A stretch of DNA of 20,000 nucleotides from an uncultured virus (IMG/VR IMGVR_UViG_3300046368_000651) (lineage: Duplodnaviria > Heunggongvirae > Uroviricota > Caudoviricetes). The DNA is taken from positions 55,759 through 75,758 of IMG/VR virus record IMGVR_UViG_3300046368_000651. One strand, written 5' to 3'. Of this stretch, positions 1 through 6,846 are shown one piece after another. Every line of letters begins with the position of its first letter. Position 1 is the first letter of the stretch. Both the position numbers and the translations under genes were made by a program. The notes below the pieces were generated by a model. It did not search any database. It was not told the DNA's origin and worked only from the letters and a program-made list of their open reading frames with translations.

Positions 1-1445
1 TCTACAATCTTGTTTTCCTGTGTATCTATAACAGCTTCGATATCTGCATCTTTTCCTATAGTGATAGTATCACGTAATCTTTGGATAAGAGTATTACTTG
101 CGGCAATTTGTGCGTCTGCACTTGCTCTAAGGTCTTTAATTGCTTGTCTTGCTGTGTTGATACGAGGATCATCTGCTTGTCTTAAGGCAGTAATTGCGTC
201 TTGTGCAGTTTGCCTTGCTTTTCTGTTTGCAGGAATGTCTATGTCTAAGACTGTGTCTATCTTTGTCTGTATATTTGCTCGCATTAATTTTGCTTCGTCA
301 ACAGCGCCACTTCGGATACTGTCAACTGCATTTAACAAAGATTGTTTACGTTGTAAAACATTGTCGGTCTGTGTGCCACGCAGATCTTTTACTAGATCTG
401 TTAGTCGTGTTCTTTCGGCATCTAAGGTGCCTTGTGCCTGTGTTCTTAATTGTACTGCTTGTGTTTGTAATGTGCTTATACGTGATTGCTGTGCGTCTAC
501 CCATTTGGCAAGAGCAGTTCTTGTGTTGCTACCAAACAAACCGTCACTGGTAACACCTATAACAGCCTGTCCTTCTTGTATCTTAGCACGTTCAGTACTT
601 TGTAATTTATTAGTTGTAACTACAATTGCATTTTCTATGTCTGCAATTTGTTGTTGCAATGCTTCAATCGCACTGTTGTCAATGCTTACTTCGCTTATGC
701 GTTGTTCATATTCATTTGCTTGTGTGTTGATGCGTTCTAAGTCTGCATCTAGTTGTGCAATCTGATCACTGTATGGTTGTACTTGCGCTTCAATACTTGC
801 TACACTTGTACCAGCAAGTTCGGTTCTGTAGCTTTCTACTACACTATTTAAACGCTGTAAATCAGCATCCAAACTAACTAGCTCTTCTTCATACACATTC
901 ACTTGATCTTCAAGTGCTTGTAATTGTGTTTGAATTATTGTATTCTGTTCATCAATAGCAGGCTGTATACGTTCGTAGGCTGTATCAATTCTGCCTTGCT
1001 CTTTATCAATTTGATCTTGTACTGCATTATTACCAGCGCCTACACTTGCTTCTGCTTCTACAATACGTTCTCTTGCACGAACAATAACTGCATCTTGTCG
1101 AACAAGCTCTTGTTCAATGCGTTCAATTTGTGCAATGCCTTCGTTGGCTGCACTAGTTTGTTCAATATGTGCTTTACTTAGAAAGCCAAAAATACCCATG
1201 CTTGTAATAAACATCAATACAACCACAGCAATAGCTAGATAGTATTTTAGCCACCAACGTGCTTTGTGCCAATACTTGTGCAACCACACTGCTGTAACTA
1301 ACTTGCCTATTTCTAAAGCACCGCCCATAATAACAATGGGTAGGGCAGCGGCGGCAAAAATTGCCACTAGTCCGCTGACCGAATAATATATTGCAACGGC
1401 ACTAATACATAGTGCAGTTATTAAAACTAGTAAACCTAAAATCAT
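1..1445 (-). CDS. Membrane-anchored long coiled-coil protein (runs off the window at its 3' end), with an internal peptidoglycan-binding-like motif
   Basis: Not in the ORF track because the stop lies outside the window. ATG at 1445-1443 opens MILGLLVLITALCISAVAIYYSVSGLVAIFAAAALPIVIMGGALEIGKLVTAVWLHKYW...FITSMGIFGFLSKAHIEQ (about 3 hydrophobic segments), then a Q/E/A-rich heptad sequence to the window edge. QAVIGVTSDGLFGSNTRTALAKW lies at about 501-569. Confidence 0.85.
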   Translation of the reverse strand, partial: MILGLLVLITALCISAVAIYYSVSGLVAIFAAAALPIVIMGGALEIGKLVTAVWLHKYWHKARWWLKYYLAIAVVVLMFITSMGIFGFLSKAHIEQTSAANEGIAQIERIEQELVRQDAVIVRARERIVEAEASVGAGNNAVQDQIDKEQGRIDTAYERIQPAIDEQNTIIQTQLQALEDQVNVYEEELVSLDADLQRLNSVVESYRTELAGTSVASIEAQVQPYSDQIAQLDADLERINTQANEYEQRISEVSIDNSAIEALQQQIADIENAIVVTTNKLQSTERAKIQEGQAVIGVTSDGLFGSNTRTALAKWVDAQQSRISTLQTQAVQLRTQAQGTLDAERTRLTDLVKDLRGTQTDNVLQRKQSLLNAVDSIRSGAVDEAKLMRANIQTKIDTVLDIDIPANRKARQTAQDAITALRQADDPRINTARQAIKDLRASADAQIAASNTLIQRLRDTITIGKDADIEAVIDTQENKIV

Positions 1446-1452
1446 CGTGTAG

Positions 1453-1458
1453 TATTTA
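1453..1458 (-). promoter_or_regulatory. Late-promoter-like TAAATA box
   Basis: The minus strand reads GCTAAATACTACACG-ATG in a 15-bp intergenic gap. The same box recurs upstream of other genes. Confidence 0.55.
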
Positions 1459-1460
1459 GC

Positions 1461-1952
1461 CTATTCCCACCTATAGAATATATGCGCACCTATTCTTCCG
1501 ACTAGTTGTAGTGTCTTAGCCCAACGTGGATTAACATATGTAGCGTGATAATGCGTAGAGCCTTCCGTAATGCCGCGATATTTGTTTTCTTCAACCATAT
1601 TCCAAGCAATACTTTGTGCTTCTACCCAACGATCTTCGTCTTGTGGCCTGTCATGTTTTCCGTCACAGTACCAACTGAATTGACACTTGTTACGTAGCAT
1701 ATTTCCGTTAGCATCTTGTAATCCTTGCTTGACTACACCACAAACTGTATCTGGATAACGTGTATCATTTACACGATTCAGCACTACGTCTGCTACTGCT
1801 GCCTTGTCTGCTAGGTTGCTTCCTCTTGCTTCATAGTATACATTCAGTGCCATACACTGCACTTGTGGAAATAGTTTTTCCAATTCAAAGTTTTGAGCCG
1901 ATGCTGGACCGGTCACGAAAAGTAGCATTACTGCTGTAATAAAATGTTTCAT
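1461..1952 (-). CDS. Cell wall hydrolase, SleB/Hydrolase_2 family
   Basis: Signal peptide, then CMALNVYYEARG (catalytic Glu), AVADVVLNRV, YPDTVCGVVKQ, CQFSWYCDG, GSTHYHA and IGAHIFYR motifs. Confidence 0.92.
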   Translation of the reverse strand: MKHFITAVMLLFVTGPASAQNFELEKLFPQVQCMALNVYYEARGSNLADKAAVADVVLNRVNDTRYPDTVCGVVKQGLQDANGNMLRNKCQFSWYCDGKHDRPQDEDRWVEAQSIAWNMVEENKYRGITEGSTHYHATYVNPRWAKTLQLVGRIGAHIFYRWE

Positions 1953-1976
1953 ATTTCTACCTCAATGATTGTTTTG

Positions 1977-2330
1977 TTATCTACGCATACTTGAGATGTC
2001 TTTTGCATCTTCTTTTCTGTCTGCGAATACTGGTACCATATTACTCTTATGCATTGTTGCAATACCAAGCAACTGACGTTCGCCTGAATATACCATAGAC
2101 TCCTTTGCTGGACCATGTCCTGCAATCTTGTTGCCTAGTGGTACTGTGTCACGTGTTTTGTAATCTGGTATTTCGTTGGTGTGTTGTGCTGTACTTTTGC
2201 CTACACCCATCTTTACAAGCCACTGCTCGTGTTCAGCTTGTGCTTTTTGTAGCTTCTTACTCTTGCTTTGTTTCTGTTTACGATTGTAACGAGTGGTGGT
2301 CATATAAGGACCAACTAGTGACATTGTCAT
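1977..2330 (-). CDS. Hypothetical phage protein (basic N-terminus, GIATMHKSNMVPV motif)
   Basis: Good SD (AGCAGGAG) and its own sigma70-like promoter. The C-terminal motif is recalled from T4-like phage hypothetical proteins. Confidence 0.75.
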   Translation of the reverse strand: MTMSLVGPYMTTTRYNRKQKQSKSKKLQKAQAEHEQWLVKMGVGKSTAQHTNEIPDYKTRDTVPLGNKIAGHGPAKESMVYSGERQLLGIATMHKSNMVPVFADRKEDAKDISSMRR

Positions 2331-2334
2331 AAAA

Positions 2335-2379
2335 AAACTCCTGCTAATGTTTCTACTCTAAGTAATATAGCAGGAGTTT
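2335..2379. repeat. Perfect 12-bp inverted repeat covering the SD of 1977..2330
   Basis: aaactcctgcta at 2335-2346 and tagcaggagttt at 2368-2379, with a 21-nt loop. Confidence 0.8.
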
Positions 2380-2392
2380 AGTTGAATGTCAA
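2364..2392 (-). promoter_or_regulatory. Sigma70-type promoter TTGACA-N17-TATATT
   Basis: Minus strand GGTTGACA TTCAACTAAACTCCTGC TATATT, with a TGn extended -10. Confidence 0.7.
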
Positions 2393-2395
2393 CCT

Positions 2396-2875
2396 TTATT
2401 TTGCCATTTTAGCAACTGCGGCATCATAGTCTTCACGACTTACTACACCTTCGGTTAGTAGACGTTCACGGTTTGCCATATGTGCAGCCTGTGTGTCGTC
2501 TTTTGATCCGCCAAAGTAAGGAACACAATGTCCTTCTATTTCCATAATCTCTGTAACTTTTTTCATTTCGCCGTTGTATTCTACTTTGAAATCTCCTAAG
2601 ATACGTCCAAACTTGCCTTTCATATCTTCGCCTTTGCGGTCTTCCGTAGTGATAAGTTTACCGCCGTGCTTCATAAGTTCTTTCAAACGTGCTTTAGCCG
2701 CTTCGCCGAACAAGTCTTCTACTTTGTCTCTTGTGCGTGACTCAGGCGTATCAATGCCCATAATTCTTACACGCTCGTCTGTTAGTGTTACACCAAAACC
2801 TAGATCAATGTCTACGTCTACTGTGTCGCCGTCTACTACTTTAATGACTTTTACGTCATACTCATTATGTTGCAT
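2396..2875 (-). CDS. Thermonuclease (SNase-like) family nuclease
   Basis: VIKVVDGDTVDV, RVRIMGIDTPES and KFGRILG motifs. Confidence 0.9.
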   Translation of the reverse strand: MQHNEYDVKVIKVVDGDTVDVDIDLGFGVTLTDERVRIMGIDTPESRTRDKVEDLFGEAAKARLKELMKHGGKLITTEDRKGEDMKGKFGRILGDFKVEYNGEMKKVTEIMEIEGHCVPYFGGSKDDTQAAHMANRERLLTEGVVSREDYDAAVAKMAK

Positions 2876-2887
2876 TGTGTTTCCCTC

Positions 2888-3154
2888 TTAACTTAGTTTC
2901 TTTTTAATCCACATGTAGATTGCATACACTACTAATAAGTATGCTGTGGCTACTGTAACGTCTACAATATGTTCTCGCATGTGATAGATAAATTCTATAC
3001 CTGCTTGTACATCGCCCTGACTTCCTGAGTTTTCAGTAATGTTTATTGTCTTACCTTCAAATCCATCAAATGCCCCATCTTCAATAATAATATCACATTC
3101 GATACAGTCTTCTTCGCTAGTAGGAAATTCTACTGTTTGATTTATGTCTGCCAT
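2888..3154 (-). CDS. Hypothetical acidic protein with a C-terminal transmembrane helix
   Basis: ORF preceded by a TAAATA box (3181-3186). Hydrophobic VTVATAYLLVVYAIYMWI is followed by KKK. Confidence 0.7.
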   Translation of the reverse strand: MADINQTVEFPTSEEDCIECDIIIEDGAFDGFEGKTINITENSGSQGDVQAGIEFIYHMREHIVDVTVATAYLLVVYAIYMWIKKKLS

Positions 3155-3190
3155 TGCCCTGCCCTGTTATGTACTATGTTTATTTAGTCA

Positions 3191-3219
3191 TAAAAAAAGG
3201 CCGCATAAAGCGACCTTTT
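3191..3219 (-). terminator. Rho-independent terminator after the porin-like gene
   Basis: Minus strand AAAAGGTCGC-TTTAT-GCGGCC-TTTTTTT. Confidence 0.85.
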
Positions 3220-3237
3220 AGTTGTTATGTGTTTAAC

Positions 3238-4044
3238 TTAGAAGTTGAACGATAAACCTGCTGATGGTGTAAAGTCTTCTGCATCTGTGTCATAGTCAAC
3301 ACCAGCAGTAAATTCTGCACCTGCATAGTCCATTGTGTACTCACCACCAATGTGCTGTAGTGTGTTTGCATCTGTACCGTTTACGTATGCTGTTAGTGAG
3401 TTTACTGCAAATGTGCCTTCATATGCAAATACTTCTGCATCTGTGTCATATGTTAATGCACTACCTGCTGTTGCTACACCTAAGTCTACGCCAGATACTG
3501 CACCACCGAACACTGTGTTTTCACTGTCCATGTTGTAGTCCATTGCACCTGTAATAGCAAAACGATCCATATCAATTGTGTATGAACCTTGAATGTTGCT
3601 TACATCAGTTACATCTGTTGTCCAGTCTGTTAAGCCTAGTGCTACACTTGCACCAGCTACTGATACTGCTAATGATTCTGTCATTGCTGGTGTTGCCAAT
3701 GTTCCGTCAGCTGCTGCATTTGCATCTGTTTCTGGCATTAAGTTGTTGTCGTCACCAAACGCTAAGCCTACGCCTGCTACTGTAGTTCCTACAGTCCATG
3801 TGTCTAGTGTTAGAGCACTACCGTCTGTTGCACTAAAGTCTAGATCTACTGTTGCCAATGAACCTGCATCGATGTCTAGTTCGATACCCATTGTGCCACC
3901 GTAGTTGTCACCAGCTGTTTCAGCAAAGTCTAAGTTTACTGCACCTGAGATAACTGGGCCTGTTGGAGCCGCTGTTGTTGTGTCTTCCGCTGAAGCCGCA
4001 CTTGCAAATGCCGCTACTGCTAAAATGGTAAATACGTTACGCAT
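3238..4044 (-). CDS. Porin-like outer membrane beta-barrel protein (alphaproteobacterial type)
   Basis: Sec signal peptide (MRNVFTILAVAAFASAASA), acidic G/A/T/D-rich amphipathic beta-strand pattern, C-terminal AGLSFNF ending in Phe (BAM signal), SD GAAGGA. Confidence 0.75.
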   Translation of the reverse strand: MRNVFTILAVAAFASAASAEDTTTAAPTGPVISGAVNLDFAETAGDNYGGTMGIELDIDAGSLATVDLDFSATDGSALTLDTWTVGTTVAGVGLAFGDDNNLMPETDANAAADGTLATPAMTESLAVSVAGASVALGLTDWTTDVTDVSNIQGSYTIDMDRFAITGAMDYNMDSENTVFGGAVSGVDLGVATAGSALTYDTDAEVFAYEGTFAVNSLTAYVNGTDANTLQHIGGEYTMDYAGAEFTAGVDYDTDAEDFTPSAGLSFNF

Positions 4045-4082
4045 AATAATTTCCTTCTTGTTTTGTTATGTGTTCATAAAGT

Positions 4083-4109
4083 AAAGGGCAAGTTCGACGC
4101 TTGCCCTTT
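4083..4109 (-). other. Perfect 10-bp stem-loop in the porin 5' leader (5' stabiliser or terminator of the upstream operon)
   Basis: AAAGGGCAAG-CGTCGAA-CTTGCCCTTT, just downstream of TATAAATA (4118-4125). Confidence 0.7.
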
Positions 4110-4117
4110 CACTGTTT

Positions 4118-4147
4118 TATTTATAACATACTTTAGTAAAAGTGCAA
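4118..4147 (-). promoter_or_regulatory. Composite sigma70-like / late promoter of the porin gene
   Basis: GGTTGCAC-N16-TATAAATA (TGT precedes TATAAA). Confidence 0.55.
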
Positions 4148-4192
4148 CCGTTTAGGTGAATCTTTACTGAAAGTGTGTTCTCTTTGCAACAG

Positions 4193-4414
4193 TTATCCGC
4201 CGCCTTGAAATGTACCGTCATTGGCTCTATACCAATTCTTTTGGTTGTGTATTCTACCCAACAGTTCTTGTATCTCTGTCATTTCATCATGCAGTTGTGT
4301 TGATACATCACCTTGTGCAATAGCCATACCTCTACGACCTGCTTTTGCTCTTAGTGCTGATTCAATAACTTCAATGTCACGAATCGATAATTCAAACTGT
4401 TTGTTAGGTTTCAT
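4193..4414 (-). CDS. Hypothetical protein, last gene of the coupled cassette
   Basis: Starts 1 nt after the upstream stop; helical, soluble-looking, 73 aa. Confidence 0.7.
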   Translation of the reverse strand: MKPNKQFELSIRDIEVIESALRAKAGRRGMAIAQGDVSTQLHDEMTEIQELLGRIHNQKNWYRANDGTFQGGG

Positions 4415-4415
4415 A

Positions 4416-4625
4416 TCACCAAACTCCTAATGTTCTTCCGTTGCCTGCTATAATAGCACAACATGTTAGTATATGCAAGACAATCCAAAACGTTCTAAAC
4501 GCTAGTGCTCGTCTTACATCTTTTTGTCGAATGGGCAAGAACTCTGGTTTGTCATCGTCACTAAGTCCGATTGGCATTCCAACTGTCCTTGCCCACATTT
4601 TTAAAAAGCGTCTTTGTCCGCTCAA
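4416..4625 (-). CDS. Small membrane protein (probable TTG start overlapping the DoxX stop)
   Basis: TTGA overlap at 4625-4622 with GAGG upstream. Sequence ...KMWARTVGMPIG...RTFWIVLHILTCCAIIAGNGR has one TM helix. The track start at 4667 is probably too far upstream; ATG at about 4598 is an alternative. Confidence 0.65.
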   Translation of the reverse strand: MSGQRRFLKMWARTVGMPIGLSDDDKPEFLPIRQKDVRRALAFRTFWIVLHILTCCAIIAGNGRTLGVW

Positions 4626-5029
4626 GTTCTGTTTCCTCGCAGAGCAAAGTACATGCCACCTACCCAAAGTAGTACATGCAGATTGTCATACCATAAGACG
4701 TCCCAGAAACTTTCGGGTTCGCCTGTCCATATAACACCTGTCATAATACTGGCAATAGTAATACCACTGAAACGTGTAATAACATCGCCAAACTCTTTTG
4801 TGCGTTTGATATAGTCTGCCATGCCGCCGACCAACAATCCTGCGGCAGCACCAAGCTCTCCAAGTACAACAAACGTCCAAACTAATAGTGTAAGTTCTAC
4901 TGGTGAGTCTTCAATGTTGATTGGCCACTTGTTCATTCCTTGCTGAAAGAATACAACAATAAGCGGAATACGAAGCAGCCAATGAGTCATACAAAACTCT
5001 GGTATTCTGTGTACTAAAGTTTTAATCAT
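4622..5029 (-). CDS. DoxX-family membrane protein
   Basis: WLLRIPLIVVFFQQGMNKW, VVLGELGAAAGLLVGG and TRFSG pattern; about 4 TM segments. Confidence 0.75.
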   Translation of the reverse strand: MIKTLVHRIPEFCMTHWLLRIPLIVVFFQQGMNKWPINIEDSPVELTLLVWTFVVLGELGAAAGLLVGGMADYIKRTKEFGDVITRFSGITIASIMTGVIWTGEPESFWDVLWYDNLHVLLWVGGMYFALRGNRT

Positions 5030-5448
5030 TACAGATCAGCCAGCAACTCCTTGAATTTCTTTTTTGACTTGCCTTTTACTTTTGTTTTGGAAATATCATT
5101 ATCTCCGTCACCTACAACTACAATAGCAATCATACCCATTGTTTTGTGTGGAGTACACTGATACAAATACACACCTGGTGTGTCAAATGTAATCGCAACT
5201 TCTTTTGATAGTTTTGATTTACGTGGTGCGTCCCATCCGTCCGGACCTGCAATAAATTCTACATTGTGTCCTTTTGATGTTGGTACCCATGTGATTGTAT
5301 CGCCTACTTCAATACGTGCGATATCTTCACTATATACCATCTTAGCGCCATCTTCACGCTTGTTTAGCATATCGATCGTCATATCCTCTGCGAGTGCCGG
5401 AGTGGCAAGGGCGAGGATAATACTTACTGAACTTAATAATTTTCTCAT
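5029..5448 (-). CDS. Pseudoazurin (type 1 blue copper protein)
   Basis: Signal peptide; MLNK...MVY...GDTITWVPTSKGHNV; GVYLYQCTPHKTMGM supplies His/Cys/His/Met copper ligands with pseudoazurin spacing (C-x2-H-x4-M). Confidence 0.92.
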   Translation of the reverse strand: MRKLLSSVSIILALATPALAEDMTIDMLNKREDGAKMVYSEDIARIEVGDTITWVPTSKGHNVEFIAGPDGWDAPRKSKLSKEVAITFDTPGVYLYQCTPHKTMGMIAIVVVGDGDNDISKTKVKGKSKKKFKELLADL

Positions 5449-5657
5449 TTCTTATCCTTTACATTGAGATTGGACGGATTGTATTGTTCGCCATTATAGC
5501 CAGGGTAGGTGTCGTCCTCTACCCCAAAGTTACATGATGCCACAATAAACAAAAATGCTATTGATGCATATGTAGTTCGCTTGCTCCATGTTATGAAGCC
5601 TTCGAATGTCTTTTCTGCTTCTATTTGAGCGGCTGCTCTTACTTCATTGTCTGTCAT
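5445..5657 (-). CDS. aa3-type cytochrome c oxidase subunit IV (CtaH)-like single-TM protein
   Basis: Start MTDNEV through an ATGA overlap with the upstream small ORF. AEKTFEGFITWSKRTTYASIAFLFIVASCN resembles the TFxGFI+TM motif of alphaproteobacterial subunit IV (recalled, not searched). Confidence 0.6.
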   Translation of the reverse strand: MTDNEVRAAAQIEAEKTFEGFITWSKRTTYASIAFLFIVASCNFGVEDDTYPGYNGEQYNPSNLNVKDKK

Positions 5658-5812
5658 TCTAAACCTATACACGGAATAAGAATAGATTGCTTACAATTTT
5701 CTGGGTAAGCAATAGCTGAGCCAAGTATAGGTAGACCAACCATACCAATAATGATAATCAAGAATGCCCAACCTAGGCCTTTTGTAGTGCAATATTGTGT
5801 TTGCTCACTCAT
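5654..5812 (-). CDS. 52-aa membrane protein missing from the ORF track
   Basis: MSEQTQYCTTKGLGWAFLIIIIGMVGLPILGSAIAYPENCKQSILIPCIGLE*. It fills the gap exactly, with an ATGAGTGA overlap upstream and an ATGA overlap downstream. Confidence 0.8.
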   Translation of the reverse strand: MSEQTQYCTTKGLGWAFLIIIIGMVGLPILGSAIAYPENCKQSILIPCIGLE

Positions 5813-6164
5813 GCTCGCCACCATTTGCTCGGCCGTTGTACTTACGTCCTGATTTCAAAATGTTGTTAAGTGACTCTGGATTATTTTCTGCTTGACGGAA
5901 TGTTACAACTGTAATTGTAATACCACTAATCAAAAGCAAGTGAAAGGCTGCGCTTAGGCCAAAAGCCACGTAACTTCCTACCATTAGGGCAAAGATGCCA
6001 CTCCAGATAAAAAACAGACACTGGAAGATCATGTGTCCTACCATAGGGTCTAAATTACGTAGTGGTGACTTTTCTACTGTCATTACACTGTCCCACATTT
6101 CACGTGGAATGTTTGCAATTTCAGTTAGTGTGGTTGCCCAACCAATGGGTTTTGGATTCTTCAT
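5805..6164 (-). CDS. Hypothetical membrane protein with two His residues in or near TM helices
   Basis: SD CAGGAG; WDSVM..EKSPLR..D..VGHMIFQ..FIWSGIF...AAFHLLLISGITITVVTF. Confidence 0.8.
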   Translation of the reverse strand: MKNPKPIGWATTLTEIANIPREMWDSVMTVEKSPLRNLDPMVGHMIFQCLFFIWSGIFALMVGSYVAFGLSAAFHLLLISGITITVVTFRQAENNPESLNNILKSGRKYNGRANGGEHE

Positions 6165-6197
6165 AGTTTTCTCCTGTGTGTCTTTTGGTGTGTACTA

Positions 6198-6226
6198 TAT
6201 ATAGCATAAAAAAATACAGAAGTCAA
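6198..6226 (-). promoter_or_regulatory. Sigma70-type promoter TTGACT-N17-TATATA driving the redox cassette
   Basis: Minus strand GGTTGACT TCTGTATTTTTTTATGC TATATA. Confidence 0.65.
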
Positions 6227-6240
6227 CCGTGCAAGGTGTG

Positions 6241-6846
6241 TTAAATTGTAGCAGGCATAGTAAATAATGCATGTACACCATCATCGGTTGGCCTACGTGC
6301 AAATACGCACCACTTGATTACATCTTGATTAGGATAATGTTCGTCACAATACTCTCGAAAACTTGTTCCTGTTGTGTACACATCATCTGCAATTAATACA
6401 GGATCTGTTGGATCTCCGCTTGCATATTTGTTTAGTGCTTCGCCTAGTGCCATACCGCCTCTTGGGATACCTTCGGCTTTGTAGAAAGGACGTTTTTGGT
6501 AATCCATTATCATACGTGCAAGTCCTTCCCACCACTCTGGGCGTATAGCATCGCACTCAATCTTCCATGCTAGTTTTAGTCCTGCATGACTTGTAAAGTC
6601 GCCAACTTCAAATAAATCTGCGCCTGTTCTAAATACCATTAGTTCTCTTTCCAATTCTTCAATATAATCTGCTGCTTGCCAAGCAAAATGTTCTGTGCAT
6701 CTTGTCTTCCATTCTTCGCCTGCTTGATTTTTTAATCTTACAACCCATTCACTTTTTTGTTGTCTTGGTATAATATCTGTATATACCTTATCAACTACAT
6801 CGTGTTCGTTTTCTTCTAATTCGAATCCGTGTGTATTATGCGTCAT
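6241..6846 (-). CDS. Type I phosphoribosyltransferase (orotate PRT-like) with an N-terminal extension
   Basis: GDFTSHAG, KIECDA, GIPRGG and PRPP-binding LIADDVYTTGTS. The PRT domain could also start at ATG 6639. Confidence 0.75.
   Translation of the reverse strand: MTHNTHGFELEENEHDVVDKVYTDIIPRQQKSEWVVRLKNQAGEEWKTRCTEHFAWQAADYIEELERELMVFRTGADLFEVGDFTSHAGLKLAWKIECDAIRPEWWEGLARMIMDYQKRPFYKAEGIPRGGMALGEALNKYASGDPTDPVLIADDVYTTGTSFREYCDEHYPNQDVIKWCVFARRPTDDGVHALFTMPATI

Noticed and set aside
10..1181. Plus-strand ORFs 10..765, 194..553 and 924..1181
   Set aside because: They are antisense shadows of the minus-strand coiled-coil gene, with the typical Cys/Ser/Leu-rich shadow composition.
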